A DNA stretch of 56,761 nt, filler included, from Asterionella formosa (Eukaryota): the NCBI GenBank assembly GCA_002256025.1. It is 5 parts of 5 records of this genome, joined end to end, with 100 filler letters (N's around TTAATTAATTAA, not from the genome) between each part and the next. Parts side by side here need not be neighbours in the genome. Positions count along the whole stretch, not along the records: positions 45,499 to 56,761 come from NKIB01008654.1; 4 more parts are not named here. One strand, given 5' to 3'. How positions within the stretch are numbered: position 1 is the first letter of the stretch; each line of letters begins with the position of its first letter. Of the stretch, positions 56,613 through 56,761 are shown in pieces. Under the pieces are notes generated by a model. That model had not been told where the DNA came from. It searched no databases and saw only the letters and a list, made by a program, of their open reading frames with translations. Position numbers and translations under genes: made by a program.

Positions 56613-56761
56613 TCTTCATATGAGAGAAGCGAATCCCCACAGAGCTACCTGGTATACCTCATCCACACAACCTCTAATATACTACATGGTGTTAAAGTAT
56701 TACCTTTTAGTTAATAGATCTATTGTTAGACAAAGAAGACTATAGATTGAGACATTATTTT

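Overview
Eukaryotic nuclear DNA, most likely a diatom (inferred from CoDi-type Copia, an RNase H-bearing LINE, a diatom-style LRR protein, sulfotransferase-like genes and a bipartite plastid-targeting N-terminus). The window is not one locus. It is five independent ~11.27 kb scaffolds (11282, 11279, 11272, 11265 and 11263 bp, in decreasing size) joined by artificial 100-bp N44-TTAATTAATTAA-N44 linkers, so nothing across a linker is synteny. Scaffold 1: decayed IS630/Tc1-like transposase remnant inside a long inverted repeat, a PIF/Harbinger-type MITE, an intact ferric reductase-family gene and the 5' half of a decayed Ty1/Copia element. Scaffold 2: almost all transposon debris, including a fully bounded pogo-like element (28-bp perfect TIRs, TA duplication) that carries an unexplained second, convergent ORF with a Cys/His motif and possible HIRAN-like features; this is the best candidate for something new. 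Scaffold 3: a secreted Pro/Thr-rich LRR protein and a tail-to-tail pair of sulfotransferase-like paralogues. Scaffold 4: TGS1 and MRT4, plus a decayed APE-RT-RNase H LINE. Scaffold 5: the C-terminal part of a STAND-type ATPase, a RING1-like PRC1 E3 ligase, a TrhO/TSTD2-type rhodanese fused to an RRM-like domain, an acidic/Pro-rich protein, a plastid-protein pseudogene, a pogo/Tigger left end and a Crypton-type tyrosine recombinase fragment. All family assignments come from motif recognition by eye; no database search was run.
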